Below are positions 5,898 through 15,598 of a stretch of 64,000 bases of DNA, piece after piece. Under the pieces are notes generated by a model. That model was not told the DNA's origin. It did no database searches and saw only the letters and a list, made by a program, of their open reading frames with translations. Numbering within the stretch: the stretch's first letter is position 1; each line of letters begins with the position of its first letter. The DNA comes from Bacteroidota bacterium (lineage in GTDB: Bacteria > Bacteroidota > Bacteroidia > Chitinophagales > JADIYW01), in NCBI GenBank assembly GCA_963169645.1, contig CAUJCO010000007.1, positions 162,737 to 226,736 on the forward strand, read 5' to 3'. Made by a program: the position numbers and the translations under genes.

Positions 5898-7856
5898 ATG
5901 AGAAAAATTGGTCCACATATTTTGCTTTTTTTGCTGCTTGCTACTCTTGCAAGTAAAGGGTATAGTATTGCTTTAGATTCTTTACAGCAATTAGATACCG
6001 TTTGGATTGTTGCCGATAAACAATCTAATTCTTTATTGTTGGATAAATTATATAGTGTTCGCTCCAATGATGCAACGATTGGAATCTTACAACAAGACGC
6101 CGGAAAAATGTTGCAGTTTTTGTTTCCGATTCAAATCAATAGTTATGGCTTGGGAAATATTTCTACGATATCAGTACGCGGCACAAATGATGATCATAAT
6201 TCGGTGTATTGGAATGGATTAAAAGTAAACTCTATGACATTAGGCAGTACGGATATCTCATTAATTCCGGCGATGTTAGATGGTAATGATGTCATTAATT
6301 TACAGAAAAATACCCATGCTATTGGTGGTGCTTTAAATTGGCAAAATATTCCGGATTGGAGGAATAACGTAAAATTCAAATGGCGAAGTGATTTTAATAG
6401 TTTTGCATCGTTTCAAAATTCCTTTCAATTGCGTGTAGGTAACCAACGTGTGCAATGGCATTCAGCAGCATATTATCAAACCGCAAAAAATAATTTTCCT
6501 TATGTAGATGTTTATCGATTTAATAATCCGATAGACACGATGGAACATAATCAATTAAAAGCTGGTGGTGTGTTGAATAGCTTGTTTTTTAAAATGAAAA
6601 AACAACAAACATTTTCTATTCACAATTGGTATAATGAAAAGCACAAAGAAGTACCATCTATCATGGGAACAAATGAAATTAGTGGAAGGAACCAAAAAGA
6701 TAAATCCATTAAAACAGTTGCTAAATACACCAAAATTTTTTCGGATAACGAATTGCAAATTTCAGTTGCTCACACCTATGATTATTTGAAATATACGGAT
6801 AAGCGTTTGCCAACAGATACCTTTTTATTTATCAATTCATCGTATAAAACACATCGACTCGTACATACTTTGTCTTATTCCGATTCTTTAAAACATCAGC
6901 TACATATACAAACAGGATATACCTATGAAATGGATTTAGCGAATGTAAAAGAATATACAAAAACAATTACGGAACACATAGGTGAAGTTTATGGTCAATT
7001 AAGTTGGCACTTAAATGATTTTAATGCAGCATTTAAGTTGTCGCAACCTTTTACTTCGTATCGGTACATTCGGCCGCAGTTTGTAATTGATTGGCAATAT
7101 ACACCAAAACAAAAATGGTACACTTTGGCATTGCATTATGCCGACAAATATCATTTTCCGGATATGAATGACCGTTATTGGAGTCCGGGTGGAAATCCGG
7201 ATTTAATTCCTGAAACAGCATGGTCGTTGGCACTTGAAAACAAGATTAATGTATTAAAACATCGAGACAAATTTTTGCATAATTTGAATTGTAATGTAGA
7301 TGTATATTATACCAAAATAAAAAACAACATTGTTTGGTCGCCAATTAACAGTGTGTTATGGTCACCCAAAAATATCAAAGTTACACAAACGTATGGCAGT
7401 GATTTGGTGTTGAATTATACACTTTCAGAGCAACGTAGATTTCAATTTAATTTGAAAACAATATACAGCTTTAATAAATCAACGATTGTTGAAGATGTGA
7501 ATAACGAAGAATTGAAAGGGAAATATCTTCGATATAAACCAATGCATACATTTAAAAGTAATTTTTATATAGAGCAACAATATTTTGGGTTAGGATTGAA
7601 TTATATGTTTCAGTCGTTGCGATTTACGGATGAAGAAAATTTTGATTTTTTTGCATTAAAACCTTATCATATTCTTGATGCCTTCATCACGTTTAAAGGC
7701 AATATAAAACAACAACACGATGTACAAATTATTTTTAAAATAAATAACATAACCAATGTTGCATATCAATCTATTCGTTCGTATGCACAACCACTACGCA
7801 ATTATTCTATTTCCTTAATTTATAATTTTTCAAAATCTCAAAATTCAGTACAATGA
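5898..7856 (+). CDS. btuB: TonB-dependent outer-membrane receptor, cobalamin-type (BtuB-like)
   Basis: Signal peptide and plug motifs (ISVRGTNDDHNSVYWNGLKVNS), then a long beta-barrel region. It lies immediately downstream of the B12 riboswitch. Confidence 0.75.
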   Translation: MRKIGPHILLFLLLATLASKGYSIALDSLQQLDTVWIVADKQSNSLLLDKLYSVRSNDATIGILQQDAGKMLQFLFPIQINSYGLGNISTISVRGTNDDHNSVYWNGLKVNSMTLGSTDISLIPAMLDGNDVINLQKNTHAIGGALNWQNIPDWRNNVKFKWRSDFNSFASFQNSFQLRVGNQRVQWHSAAYYQTAKNNFPYVDVYRFNNPIDTMEHNQLKAGGVLNSLFFKMKKQQTFSIHNWYNEKHKEVPSIMGTNEISGRNQKDKSIKTVAKYTKIFSDNELQISVAHTYDYLKYTDKRLPTDTFLFINSSYKTHRLVHTLSYSDSLKHQLHIQTGYTYEMDLANVKEYTKTITEHIGEVYGQLSWHLNDFNAAFKLSQPFTSYRYIRPQFVIDWQYTPKQKWYTLALHYADKYHFPDMNDRYWSPGGNPDLIPETAWSLALENKINVLKHRDKFLHNLNCNVDVYYTKIKNNIVWSPINSVLWSPKNIKVTQTYGSDLVLNYTLSEQRRFQFNLKTIYSFNKSTIVEDVNNEELKGKYLRYKPMHTFKSNFYIEQQYFGLGLNYMFQSLRFTDEENFDFFALKPYHILDAFITFKGNIKQQHDVQIIFKINNITNVAYQSIRSYAQPLRNYSISLIYNFSKSQNSVQ

Positions 7857-8929
7857 ACAAAAAACTTCTATTAATGGCACTATCTGTAAGTGTCTTATTT
7901 TCGTGTCAAAAAGAATCAACCGATAAAGTAGATAGCTATACTGCATCCGGCTCGGCATTGGTAGTAAATGAAGGTGGTTTTACTAAAAACAACGGTAGTA
8001 TTTCTTACATATCAAGAGATAATCAAGTAACGAATAACATTTTTGAAATTTCGAACAACGGACAAATTATCGGCGATGTATTACAGTCATTTACACGTGT
8101 TGGAAATCTTGGAATTATTTGCGTTAACAACTCGCAAAAAGTAACAGTTGTGGATGTAAGAACATTTAAACAAGTAGCAGAAATTACCAATGGTACAGAC
8201 TATCCAAGATATGCTGTTGGTATAAATAACGACAAAGCGTATATCACGAATGGAAGTGGTAGCGGAAAAGTATTGGTGTTAAACTTAAATACATTTAATA
8301 TAGACAAAACTATTGCCGTTGGCAATGGACCGGAAGAAATGTTTGTATCTAATGGGAAAGCATTTGTTGCCAATAGTGGTGGTTTTGGAACGGCCAATAC
8401 GATTAGTGTTATTAATACTTCAACGGATGCGGTAACTACTACGATTACCGTAGGCGATAACCCAACAGAATTTGTGAAAGATGCACAAGGTTATATTTGG
8501 GTTTTATGCAAAGGAAATGTAACGTATGCACCACCAACGTATGCACCGGAACGTCAATCGGCTGCAAAACTAGTTCGTATCAATCCATCTATGAATACAG
8601 TTGATAAAGAAATCGAGATAATTCCAACATCGGCTGATTTTAGTTCGGCAGATAATTTAGCAGCAAGTGGTGATGGTAGTAAATTGTATGTTTGTGTTGA
8701 TGGAAGTGTATATCAAATTCCATATGCATCTACCACATTGCCTACAACTGCATTTATTTCCGGATATTTTTATGGCTTAGAAGTACATCCATATACGGGT
8801 GATATTTGGGCTTTAGATGCCGGAAACTTTAATGAATCCGGAAAAGTAATCCGTTATAATGCTACAGCAACAGTAATTGATACATTACGTGTTGGTATCA
8901 TTCCAAATACTGTTTATTTTAATTTCTAA
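7853..8929 (+). CDS. Surface lipoprotein, YncE-like beta-propeller (DUF5074-like), B12-operon associated
   Basis: Lipobox LFSC. Repeated YVTN-like blocks (AYITNGSGSGKVLVLN, NGPEEMFVSNGKAFVANSGG). The ATGA overlap with btuB suggests coupling. Confidence 0.6.
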   Translation: MNKKLLLMALSVSVLFSCQKESTDKVDSYTASGSALVVNEGGFTKNNGSISYISRDNQVTNNIFEISNNGQIIGDVLQSFTRVGNLGIICVNNSQKVTVVDVRTFKQVAEITNGTDYPRYAVGINNDKAYITNGSGSGKVLVLNLNTFNIDKTIAVGNGPEEMFVSNGKAFVANSGGFGTANTISVINTSTDAVTTTITVGDNPTEFVKDAQGYIWVLCKGNVTYAPPTYAPERQSAAKLVRINPSMNTVDKEIEIIPTSADFSSADNLAASGDGSKLYVCVDGSVYQIPYASTTLPTTAFISGYFYGLEVHPYTGDIWALDAGNFNESGKVIRYNATATVIDTLRVGIIPNTVYFNF

Positions 8930-9162
8930 TGCCTGAAACATTTAGCAAAAATTGCCTGCGTTGTCATACTACTTTTGTATGTAATGCAGGCAATATTTCT
9001 TTATGTCAATGTAATAACGTCCAAATTGATAAACGTGTTTTTCAGTATATCAATGCAAATTATAAAGATTGTTTATGTCAAAGATGTTTGCAAGAAATAC
9101 AAGAAATTTTACGTATCTATTCCACTCAACAAGATAACCTCCTTTCCTATCGGAATAAATAA
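8929..9162 (+). CDS. Small cysteine-rich protein (CWC-family-like)
   Basis: 77 aa with CLRC...C...CQC...CLCQRC. TAATG overlap with the upstream gene. Confidence 0.5.
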   Translation: MPETFSKNCLRCHTTFVCNAGNISLCQCNNVQIDKRVFQYINANYKDCLCQRCLQEIQEILRIYSTQQDNLLSYRNK

Positions 9163-9187
9163 AGTTTAACATTAAAAAAATATTGCA

Positions 9188-9195
9188 TACTTTTG
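9188..9195 (+). promoter_or_regulatory. -7 box TACTTTTG
   Basis: Matches TAnnTTTG, 17 nt upstream of the GTG start at 9212. Confidence 0.4.
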
Positions 9196-9211
9196 TTTAA
9201 AATGAAAGTGT

Positions 9212-10480
9212 GTGAAAAAACGTTACATCCTTTTAGTTTTATTTTTTCTATTTGCACTTTACTTGGTATGGTGTAACATCAGTATTATCTACACTCGTAA
9301 ACCATCTGCCAAAACAATTCCACTTATTGATAAAATCCAATATGATACGGATTCGTTTTTTATTAGTAATTCTACATTAATTTGGCAAGGATTTTATCAC
9401 GATTGGACCTATAATCATCGCGTAAACAGATTAGGAGATTGGGTTCAAAATATTCCTTCAGAAAGCGAACAATTTAGAGGTTTATTTAACCATGCTGCGG
9501 CATCCGGTATTGGAGCAGATGTGTTATCATATAATACGTTTTTCACCTATCTGCATTCATCCAAAATAAAAGCATTTACATCAACGGTACATGCTGTTGT
9601 ACGCGGTAGAGAAGCAACTTCTACTACTAAAATAATTTCTGTTAAAGGAAAAATTCCGGCACAAATGCGTGCATATAATCATGCAACAATTTTATTAAAT
9701 GGATTTGATATTTTTTGTAGAAGTAAAGATGATGGAAAAATTATGGGAACCGGCAAAGCCGATAAATTATCCGACTTAATTATAGAAGTAAATCATTTAA
9801 AATGGAAAAATGATTCTTTTGAATTTGACTTAAAAATTAGCTTAGGTGCCGATTGCGATTCACCGGAATGTCTAAATTTTACGCCGGGCGATAATGAATG
9901 GTTTGATTATAACTTTACAGTTGCCTACCAAATAATAGCATACAACGAAGGTGTGCACGTAACAGATAAAAACATTCAACAATCGTATCGTTGGTTTAAG
10001 CCTTTTAAAACACGCCCAAGCATTGACCCAAATGAAATATACAGAACTCAAAAGGCAATGAATAACTTAAAGATAAAAGGCATTCCTGGATATCAAGTTG
10101 GCATTCCTGCAATTCATACATTAAAAATTAATTTACCTAAAGATGAAGGTGGTTTGTTGCGGAAGCGTTTAGAAACGCCGCACATGCTTTCGTTAGATGT
10201 TGCAATAAATAATTTTCGTTATGATGTCCATTCCGGAATTTGCACTTACAATGCTGATTTGTTTTTTAAAAATTGGAAACCCAATATGCCACTTTTATCT
10301 TATGGAAATAATGGAAAAGCATTTATTAATTTAGGTGTTCGATTAGTACAAATTCAAGATGCATCAGCCATTGTTGAAGATGAATCTGTAAAAGGCAAAA
10401 TAGATTGGCAAACAACCGAAGTGGAAGAACGAAATGCCAACGACCCGAATTCTATTAAATCATTTGTATTTGTAAAATAA
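9212..10480 (+). CDS. Hypothetical N-terminally membrane-anchored protein, no recognisable family
   Basis: 422-aa ORF with a GTG start and one N-terminal hydrophobic helix (ILLVLFFLFALYLVW). The stop overlaps the next start by 1 nt. Confidence 0.6.
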   Translation: MKKRYILLVLFFLFALYLVWCNISIIYTRKPSAKTIPLIDKIQYDTDSFFISNSTLIWQGFYHDWTYNHRVNRLGDWVQNIPSESEQFRGLFNHAAASGIGADVLSYNTFFTYLHSSKIKAFTSTVHAVVRGREATSTTKIISVKGKIPAQMRAYNHATILLNGFDIFCRSKDDGKIMGTGKADKLSDLIIEVNHLKWKNDSFEFDLKISLGADCDSPECLNFTPGDNEWFDYNFTVAYQIIAYNEGVHVTDKNIQQSYRWFKPFKTRPSIDPNEIYRTQKAMNNLKIKGIPGYQVGIPAIHTLKINLPKDEGGLLRKRLETPHMLSLDVAINNFRYDVHSGICTYNADLFFKNWKPNMPLLSYGNNGKAFINLGVRLVQIQDASAIVEDESVKGKIDWQTTEVEERNANDPNSIKSFVFVK

Positions 10481-11022
10481 TGATTATACCACGTCAAATA
10501 TATTGTAGTAACTGCGGTGAACAAGTTGTATATAAAATTGCGGAAGGCAGAGAACGATCTGTTTGTGAACATTGCAATACCATTCATTATACCAATCCTA
10601 AAATAGTTGCCGGTGCATTGTGTGTTTGGGAAAATAAAGTATTGTTATGCCGCAGAGCTATTGAACCTCGAAAAGGTTATTGGAATTTGCCTGCCGGATA
10701 TTTGGAAGATTTTGAAAAAGTAGAAGATGGAGCAATCCGAGAAACATGGGAAGAAGCAGGTGCCGAAATTTGCATCGATAAAGTTATTACGGTATATAAC
10801 ATTCCTCAAGCCAATCAAGTGTATGTTCATTTTTTAGCCAACTTGAAAGATGGAATTATTCGCAATGGCGAAGAAAGCATTGAATCTGCATTGTTTACCG
10901 AAGAAGAAATTCCTTGGAATGAAATGGCATTTACGTCTTCTTCATTTGCTTTGCGTCATTATTTTGAAGATAGAAAAAAGGGTGTTTATAATACACATTT
11001 AGGCACTTTTCCTGAAAAATAA
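10480..11022 (+). CDS. NUDIX hydrolase with N-terminal zinc ribbon
   Basis: CSNCG...CEHCN zinc ribbon. Nudix box GYLEDFEKVEDGAIRETWEEAGAE. Confidence 0.85.
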   Translation: MIIPRQIYCSNCGEQVVYKIAEGRERSVCEHCNTIHYTNPKIVAGALCVWENKVLLCRRAIEPRKGYWNLPAGYLEDFEKVEDGAIRETWEEAGAEICIDKVITVYNIPQANQVYVHFLANLKDGIIRNGEESIESALFTEEEIPWNEMAFTSSSFALRHYFEDRKKGVYNTHLGTFPEK

Positions 11023-11046
11023 TCGTTTACTTTATCGCATTTTTAG

Positions 11047-11054
11047 TATATTTG
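11047..11054 (+). promoter_or_regulatory. -7 box TATATTTG, implying a near-leaderless transcript
   Basis: Matches TAnnTTTG and ends 4 nt before the ATG at 11059. Confidence 0.4.
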
Positions 11055-11058
11055 CAGT

Positions 11059-11643
11059 ATGAAAAATTCAACATCTACATCTAATTTTTGGTTAGCAACC
11101 GCATTAATAATTGCATCACTTATATTTCGCATAGTTTCCAATCAATTGGCATTCTTTAATTTCACTCCGGTGATTGCAGTTGCTTTGTTTGCAGGTGCAA
11201 AATTTAAAGACAATAAATGGGCATTTTTAATTCCAATCATTACGTTATTTATTTCAGATGCAGTGTTGGCGTACTTAAATAATTTCAGCTTATTACACGA
11301 AACAATTTTATTTACCTACGGTTCTTTAATGTTGATTATTGCTTTGGGAAAAGTATTACAAAAAGACAAATTAAATGTTCCTAAAATTGCCGGATTATCT
11401 ATATTATCATCTGCCTTATTTTTCATTTTAACAAATTTTGGTGTATGGGCATTTGGTAACATGTACACGCATGATATAGATGGTTTAATAAAATGCTACG
11501 TTTTAGCAATTCCTTTTAATAAAGTTTCTTGGATGGGTGATATGGTATTTTCACTTGCATTGTTCGGCGCCTACGAGTGGATGCAAGCTCCATCGACCAA
11601 CATAACTAAAGCGTTTGTGTCGCACAAAAACGACCAGCAATAA
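11059..11643 (+). CDS. Multi-pass membrane protein (DUF6580-like)
   Basis: About 5-6 hydrophobic helices. Blocks NFTPVIAVALFAGAKF and FFILTNFGVW. The family assignment is from memory only. Confidence 0.5.
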   Translation: MKNSTSTSNFWLATALIIASLIFRIVSNQLAFFNFTPVIAVALFAGAKFKDNKWAFLIPIITLFISDAVLAYLNNFSLLHETILFTYGSLMLIIALGKVLQKDKLNVPKIAGLSILSSALFFILTNFGVWAFGNMYTHDIDGLIKCYVLAIPFNKVSWMGDMVFSLALFGAYEWMQAPSTNITKAFVSHKNDQQ

Positions 11644-11729
11644 TTATCCTTAGTACATTTCTTTCTTACGTAAATGTTATTTTAACAACTGTTACTATCT
11701 TTATTTATTTCAGTTAAATTATAAATGCA

Positions 11730-11737
11730 TACATTTG
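11730..11737 (+). promoter_or_regulatory. -7 box TACATTTG upstream of glmM
   Basis: Matches TAnnTTTG, 22 nt upstream of the GTG start. Confidence 0.4.
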
Positions 11738-11758
11738 CCACTCTAATATTTTTTTATC

Positions 11759-13144
11759 GTGTCATTAATTAAATCTATATCAGGCATACGTGGTACTATT
11801 GGCGGGAAATCAGGAAGTGGATTAACACCTGTAGATATTGCTAATTTCACCTTAGCATTTGGCTCTATCTTAAAGGCTAAAGATGGCAAGAAAATAGTTG
11901 TAGGTAGAGATGCACGTATTTCTGGCGAAATGGTACATCATATTGTGGTTGGCAACTTAATCAGCATTGGTATAGATGTAGTAGATATAGGTTTGGCAAC
12001 TACACCAACGGTAGAAATGGCCGTTGTGGCAGAACAAGCAGATGGCGGTATCATTATCACTGCATCACATAATCCGAAACAATGGAATGCCTTGAAATTA
12101 TTAAATAGCAAAGGTGAATTTATTTCGGATAAAGTTGGAAAAGAGGTACTGAAAAAAGCAACTTCCAAATTTGATTTTTCAGAAGTAGATAAATTAGGAC
12201 AGGTTACTAAAAAAGACTATCTCGATTATCATATCGAACAGATTTTAAAAATTCCTTATGTAGATGTAGAAGCAATTCGCAATAAAAAATTGAAAGTTGT
12301 TGTAGATGCAGTAAATAGTGTTGGAGGAATTGCAGTTCCTAAATTATTGAATGCATTAGGTGTCGAAACCATATATGAAATTCATTGCGAACCGAATGGA
12401 AAATTTGCACATAATCCGGAGCCATTACCGGAGCATCTTTCTTCATTGGCTTCCGAAGTGAAACAACGTAAAGCAGATATTGGTATTGCAGTAGATCCGG
12501 ATGTAGATAGATTGGCATTGATTGATGAAAAAGGAAATCCATTTGGCGAAGAATATACATTGGTTGCAGTAGCAGATTATGTATTACAACATAAAAAAGG
12601 AAATACCGTTTCTAATCTTTCTTCAACAAAAGCATTGAAAGACATTAGCTTAAAACACGGTGTAACCTACACAGCATCCGCTGTAGGTGAAGTAAATGTG
12701 GTAGAGAAAATGAAAGAAACCAATGCTATTATTGGTGGAGAAGGAAATGGTGGAATTATTTTACCGGAATTGCATTATGGCCGTGATGCATTAGTAGGTA
12801 TTGCATTGATACTTTCGCAATTGGCAACTACTAAAAAGAGTGTTCATGCCTTGCGTGCACAATATCCGAATTACGTGATTTCAAAAAATAAAATTCAATT
12901 ACAAGAGGATATGAATTTGGTTGAAATCATTGACAAAATTAAGGAGAAATACCAGCAATATCCACAAAACACCATTGATGGTTTACGCATCGATATTGAT
13001 GAAGATTGGGTACACTTGCGTGGCTCCAACACAGAACCTATTATTCGCATTTATGCAGAAAGCTCCACAGAGCAAACAGCCAATGCCATTGCCCAAAAAA
13101 TGATGAAAGATATTACGGCAATTATTAAACAAATTAATAATTGA
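11759..13144 (+). CDS. glmM: Phosphoglucosamine mutase / phosphohexomutase
   Basis: Active-site TASHNPKQWNALK, metal loop AVDPDVDR, GEGNGG sugar loop. GTG start. Confidence 0.85.
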   Translation: MSLIKSISGIRGTIGGKSGSGLTPVDIANFTLAFGSILKAKDGKKIVVGRDARISGEMVHHIVVGNLISIGIDVVDIGLATTPTVEMAVVAEQADGGIIITASHNPKQWNALKLLNSKGEFISDKVGKEVLKKATSKFDFSEVDKLGQVTKKDYLDYHIEQILKIPYVDVEAIRNKKLKVVVDAVNSVGGIAVPKLLNALGVETIYEIHCEPNGKFAHNPEPLPEHLSSLASEVKQRKADIGIAVDPDVDRLALIDEKGNPFGEEYTLVAVADYVLQHKKGNTVSNLSSTKALKDISLKHGVTYTASAVGEVNVVEKMKETNAIIGGEGNGGIILPELHYGRDALVGIALILSQLATTKKSVHALRAQYPNYVISKNKIQLQEDMNLVEIIDKIKEKYQQYPQNTIDGLRIDIDEDWVHLRGSNTEPIIRIYAESSTEQTANAIAQKMMKDITAIIKQINN

Positions 13145-13600
13145 TAGAGTAGAGAGTAGAGAGATTTGAGATTTAACGCTTCATTATTTCATTGCTTCAT
13201 TATTTCATTACTTCATTATTTCATTACTTCATTATTTCATTATTTCATTATTTCATTATTTCATTACTTCATTATTTCATTATTTCATTATTTCATTATT
13301 TCATTATCTTACTTTTGAAGACAAAAGTAACAAAAGCTATTTTTAGATGTAAGTAGTATGTAGTATGCAGCGTGTCATTCCCATGCAAATGGGAATCTCA
13401 TCGTACTCATTGAGATTCCCGCTTTCGCAGGAATGACCGCGTAGGTGTTGGTCAGATGACTTACAGTCATCCGACCAAATATCAAAAATGCTTTGTGCAC
13501 TTTGCGGTTTAAAATATAACCGTATGCAGCATGTCATTCCCATGCAAATGGGAATCTCATCGTACACAAATAAGATTCCCGCTTTTACGGGAATGACGGT
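13145..13600. repeat. Second composite repeat field
   Basis: The same modules as 1891-3250 occur in the same orientation. They are AGAGTAG repeats, a TTCATTAY array (13179-13307), hairpin ttacttttg-aaga-caaaagtaa (13309-13330), double-hairpin elements (13374-13437 and 13533-13597), and a GTAG hairpin (13441-13478). Confidence 0.9.
13441..13478 (+). repeat. REP-like hairpin copy 6
   Basis: GTAGGTGTTGGTCAGATGACTTACAGTCATCCGACCAA. Confidence 0.8.
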
Positions 13601-13888
13601 AAATCAAAAAACATAGCATCTAACGTATCCAAGAGTAAAATCTATATACATTAAAATGTAATAAAATTTCTTTGATAAATATCAAATCAATTAACATAAA
13701 AAGGATATAACTTTAATTACTGAAACACCATTATTACATGAAAAACAAGCATCCAATTCCAAAATTGATTTGAAATCACACGAAGATTCCACACAGAAGA
13801 GTTAATATATACAATTAGTTTACAAATACGCATACATTATTTCAATAATATCAATAGAAAATAAACCAAATTAATAAAATAAAAAAAC

Positions 13889-15223
13889 ATGAATATGAAA
13901 AGAATTTACACATTTGTAGTACTATTTATACTACTTAAGAGTACATTAGCACAAACCGGAAATGTAGGTATTGGTACTAATGCGCCTAATTCATCTTCAA
14001 AGTTAGATATTACTGCAACAGATAAAGGTTTATTAATACCAAGAGTGGCATTAACAGGAACTACAGATGCAACTACAATAACTTCGCCTGCTACATCTTT
14101 AATGGTATATAATACTGCAACTGCAGGCACTGCACCCAATAATGTAACTCCAGGTTATTATTATAATGCTGGCACAACAAGTGCACCTAATTGGGTGCGA
14201 TTGCAAACAAAAGCAGATAATGATTGGACTAAAACAACTACAACTTCTACACCTGCCATCAAAACAGACGATCAGTATATTACTGGAAAAGTAGGTATAG
14301 GGGATTTTTCTACAACAAATACTTTGAAAAACTTACACATTAAACATTCAAGTAATACTGATGGAATTTTATTGCAAAATACAACAGGAGGTGCTGGTAG
14401 TACCACAAATATATTCTTTTCCACTTATGCTGATTTAGTTGCCGGCACAAACAGACCAGGAGCATCTATAAAGGCAGTAGATGGTGGTGGATATAGTGCA
14501 GATTTAATTTTTAGTACAAAAGTTCCAGGTGCAGATGCGAATGCATTAACAGAAAGAGTATTATTTAAAGCAAACGGTCAAGTACAAGTGAATAATTTAG
14601 CAGGAACCGGCAATAGACCTGTTTCAGCAGATCCAAATGGTGTTTTAATTATTGGCAATAAGCTAAGAGAAACAACCGTACATGATTTATATATACCTTC
14701 CTATATATCTTGTAGTGGTTGTGATAAATTTCTTTGGTTTCCAAGACCAGGCGGAAGCAGTGGCGATGATGAAGATGATAATCCTTTATATGAAAGAAAT
14801 ATGTGGATTGCTCCGTATAATGGACGCATCGTTTCCATTACGTTAGCTGTTGATCCTACAAGCAGCAATAGCGGAGTAGAAATTAGTAATGGTCGTTTTG
14901 TTTTTGAACACGATAATGTACTTTCAGAGTCAGGTGTAAGTTACATTACTAATATGCTAAATGGTTCTTATACTAATGCTGCTAATTGGCAAGGTGGTGA
15001 ATATACCACTGTTTATGGTTCGCCTACCTATTCAATAGGTTCTCCGAATAGAGGAAGATTTAGTGTAAATGAAACACAAAAAATTAGATGGGATAGTAAA
15101 GGATCTACACTCTTTTCTTTTACTAAAGGAGAAACATTAGCACTTGGGTTTTCAGCTAATTATATTGAAGATAATTCCTATCATATAACTGTTGTTTGGG
15201 AATATGATGTAGATGATTATTAA
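13889..15223 (+). CDS. Secreted QTGNVGIGT-family protein (long form, unique C-terminal head)
   Basis: Signal peptide STLA|QTGNVGIGT. The N-terminal ~85 aa (LDITATDKGLLIPRVALT...LMVYNTATAGTAPNNVTPGYYYNAG) are nearly identical to 17382-18740. The C-terminal ~340 aa are unrelated to the other members. Confidence 0.85.
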   Translation: MNMKRIYTFVVLFILLKSTLAQTGNVGIGTNAPNSSSKLDITATDKGLLIPRVALTGTTDATTITSPATSLMVYNTATAGTAPNNVTPGYYYNAGTTSAPNWVRLQTKADNDWTKTTTTSTPAIKTDDQYITGKVGIGDFSTTNTLKNLHIKHSSNTDGILLQNTTGGAGSTTNIFFSTYADLVAGTNRPGASIKAVDGGGYSADLIFSTKVPGADANALTERVLFKANGQVQVNNLAGTGNRPVSADPNGVLIIGNKLRETTVHDLYIPSYISCSGCDKFLWFPRPGGSSGDDEDDNPLYERNMWIAPYNGRIVSITLAVDPTSSNSGVEISNGRFVFEHDNVLSESGVSYITNMLNGSYTNAANWQGGEYTTVYGSPTYSIGSPNRGRFSVNETQKIRWDSKGSTLFSFTKGETLALGFSANYIEDNSYHITVVWEYDVDDY

Positions 15224-15243
15224 TCATATCAGAAAAAAAATAG

Positions 15244-15279
15244 AAGATGGCAGATGAAAATATCTGCCATCTTTTTTTT
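15244..15279 (+). terminator. Rho-independent terminator
   Basis: 12-bp stem aagatggcagat/atctgccatctt with loop gaaaat, followed by T8. Confidence 0.8.
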
Positions 15280-15340
15280 ATTGTGAAAAAATTGAGTATA
15301 CTTCATATTTGTAATTACCAGCATTATTATCACCAATAAA

Positions 15341-15453
15341 GGAGATTTCCACTTTTGTGGAATGACAGCGTAGGTGTTGGTCAGATGACTTACTGTCATC
15401 CGACCAATTTTCAAAAATACTTTGTGCACTTTGCTGTTAAAAAAAAGAATCCC
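15341..15453 (+). repeat. Solitary ~113-bp repeat unit including REP-like hairpin copy 7 (15370-15407)
   Basis: ggagatttccacttttgtggaatgacagcGTAGGTGTTGGTCAGATGACTTACTGTCATCCGACCAAttttcaaaaatactttgtgcactttgctgttaaaaaaaa. Confidence 0.85.
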
Positions 15454-15598
15454 TGACTTTACATCTAATTTGAATAAAGAATTTAATCTTTCATTCTTAT
15501 TATTTAACATCGAGAGGATTGTTTTTATTTGATTATTATAAAAAGTAGTACTAATTTTACTTGCAAAAGCATTTTAATAAATTTTACAACTATGTTAC

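Noticed and set aside
13343-13567. 74-aa minus-strand ORF, and the similar 15229-15510 ORF.
   Set aside because: Both are composed of the same repeat modules (double-hairpin and GTAG hairpin) and of terminator sequence. They are not genes.
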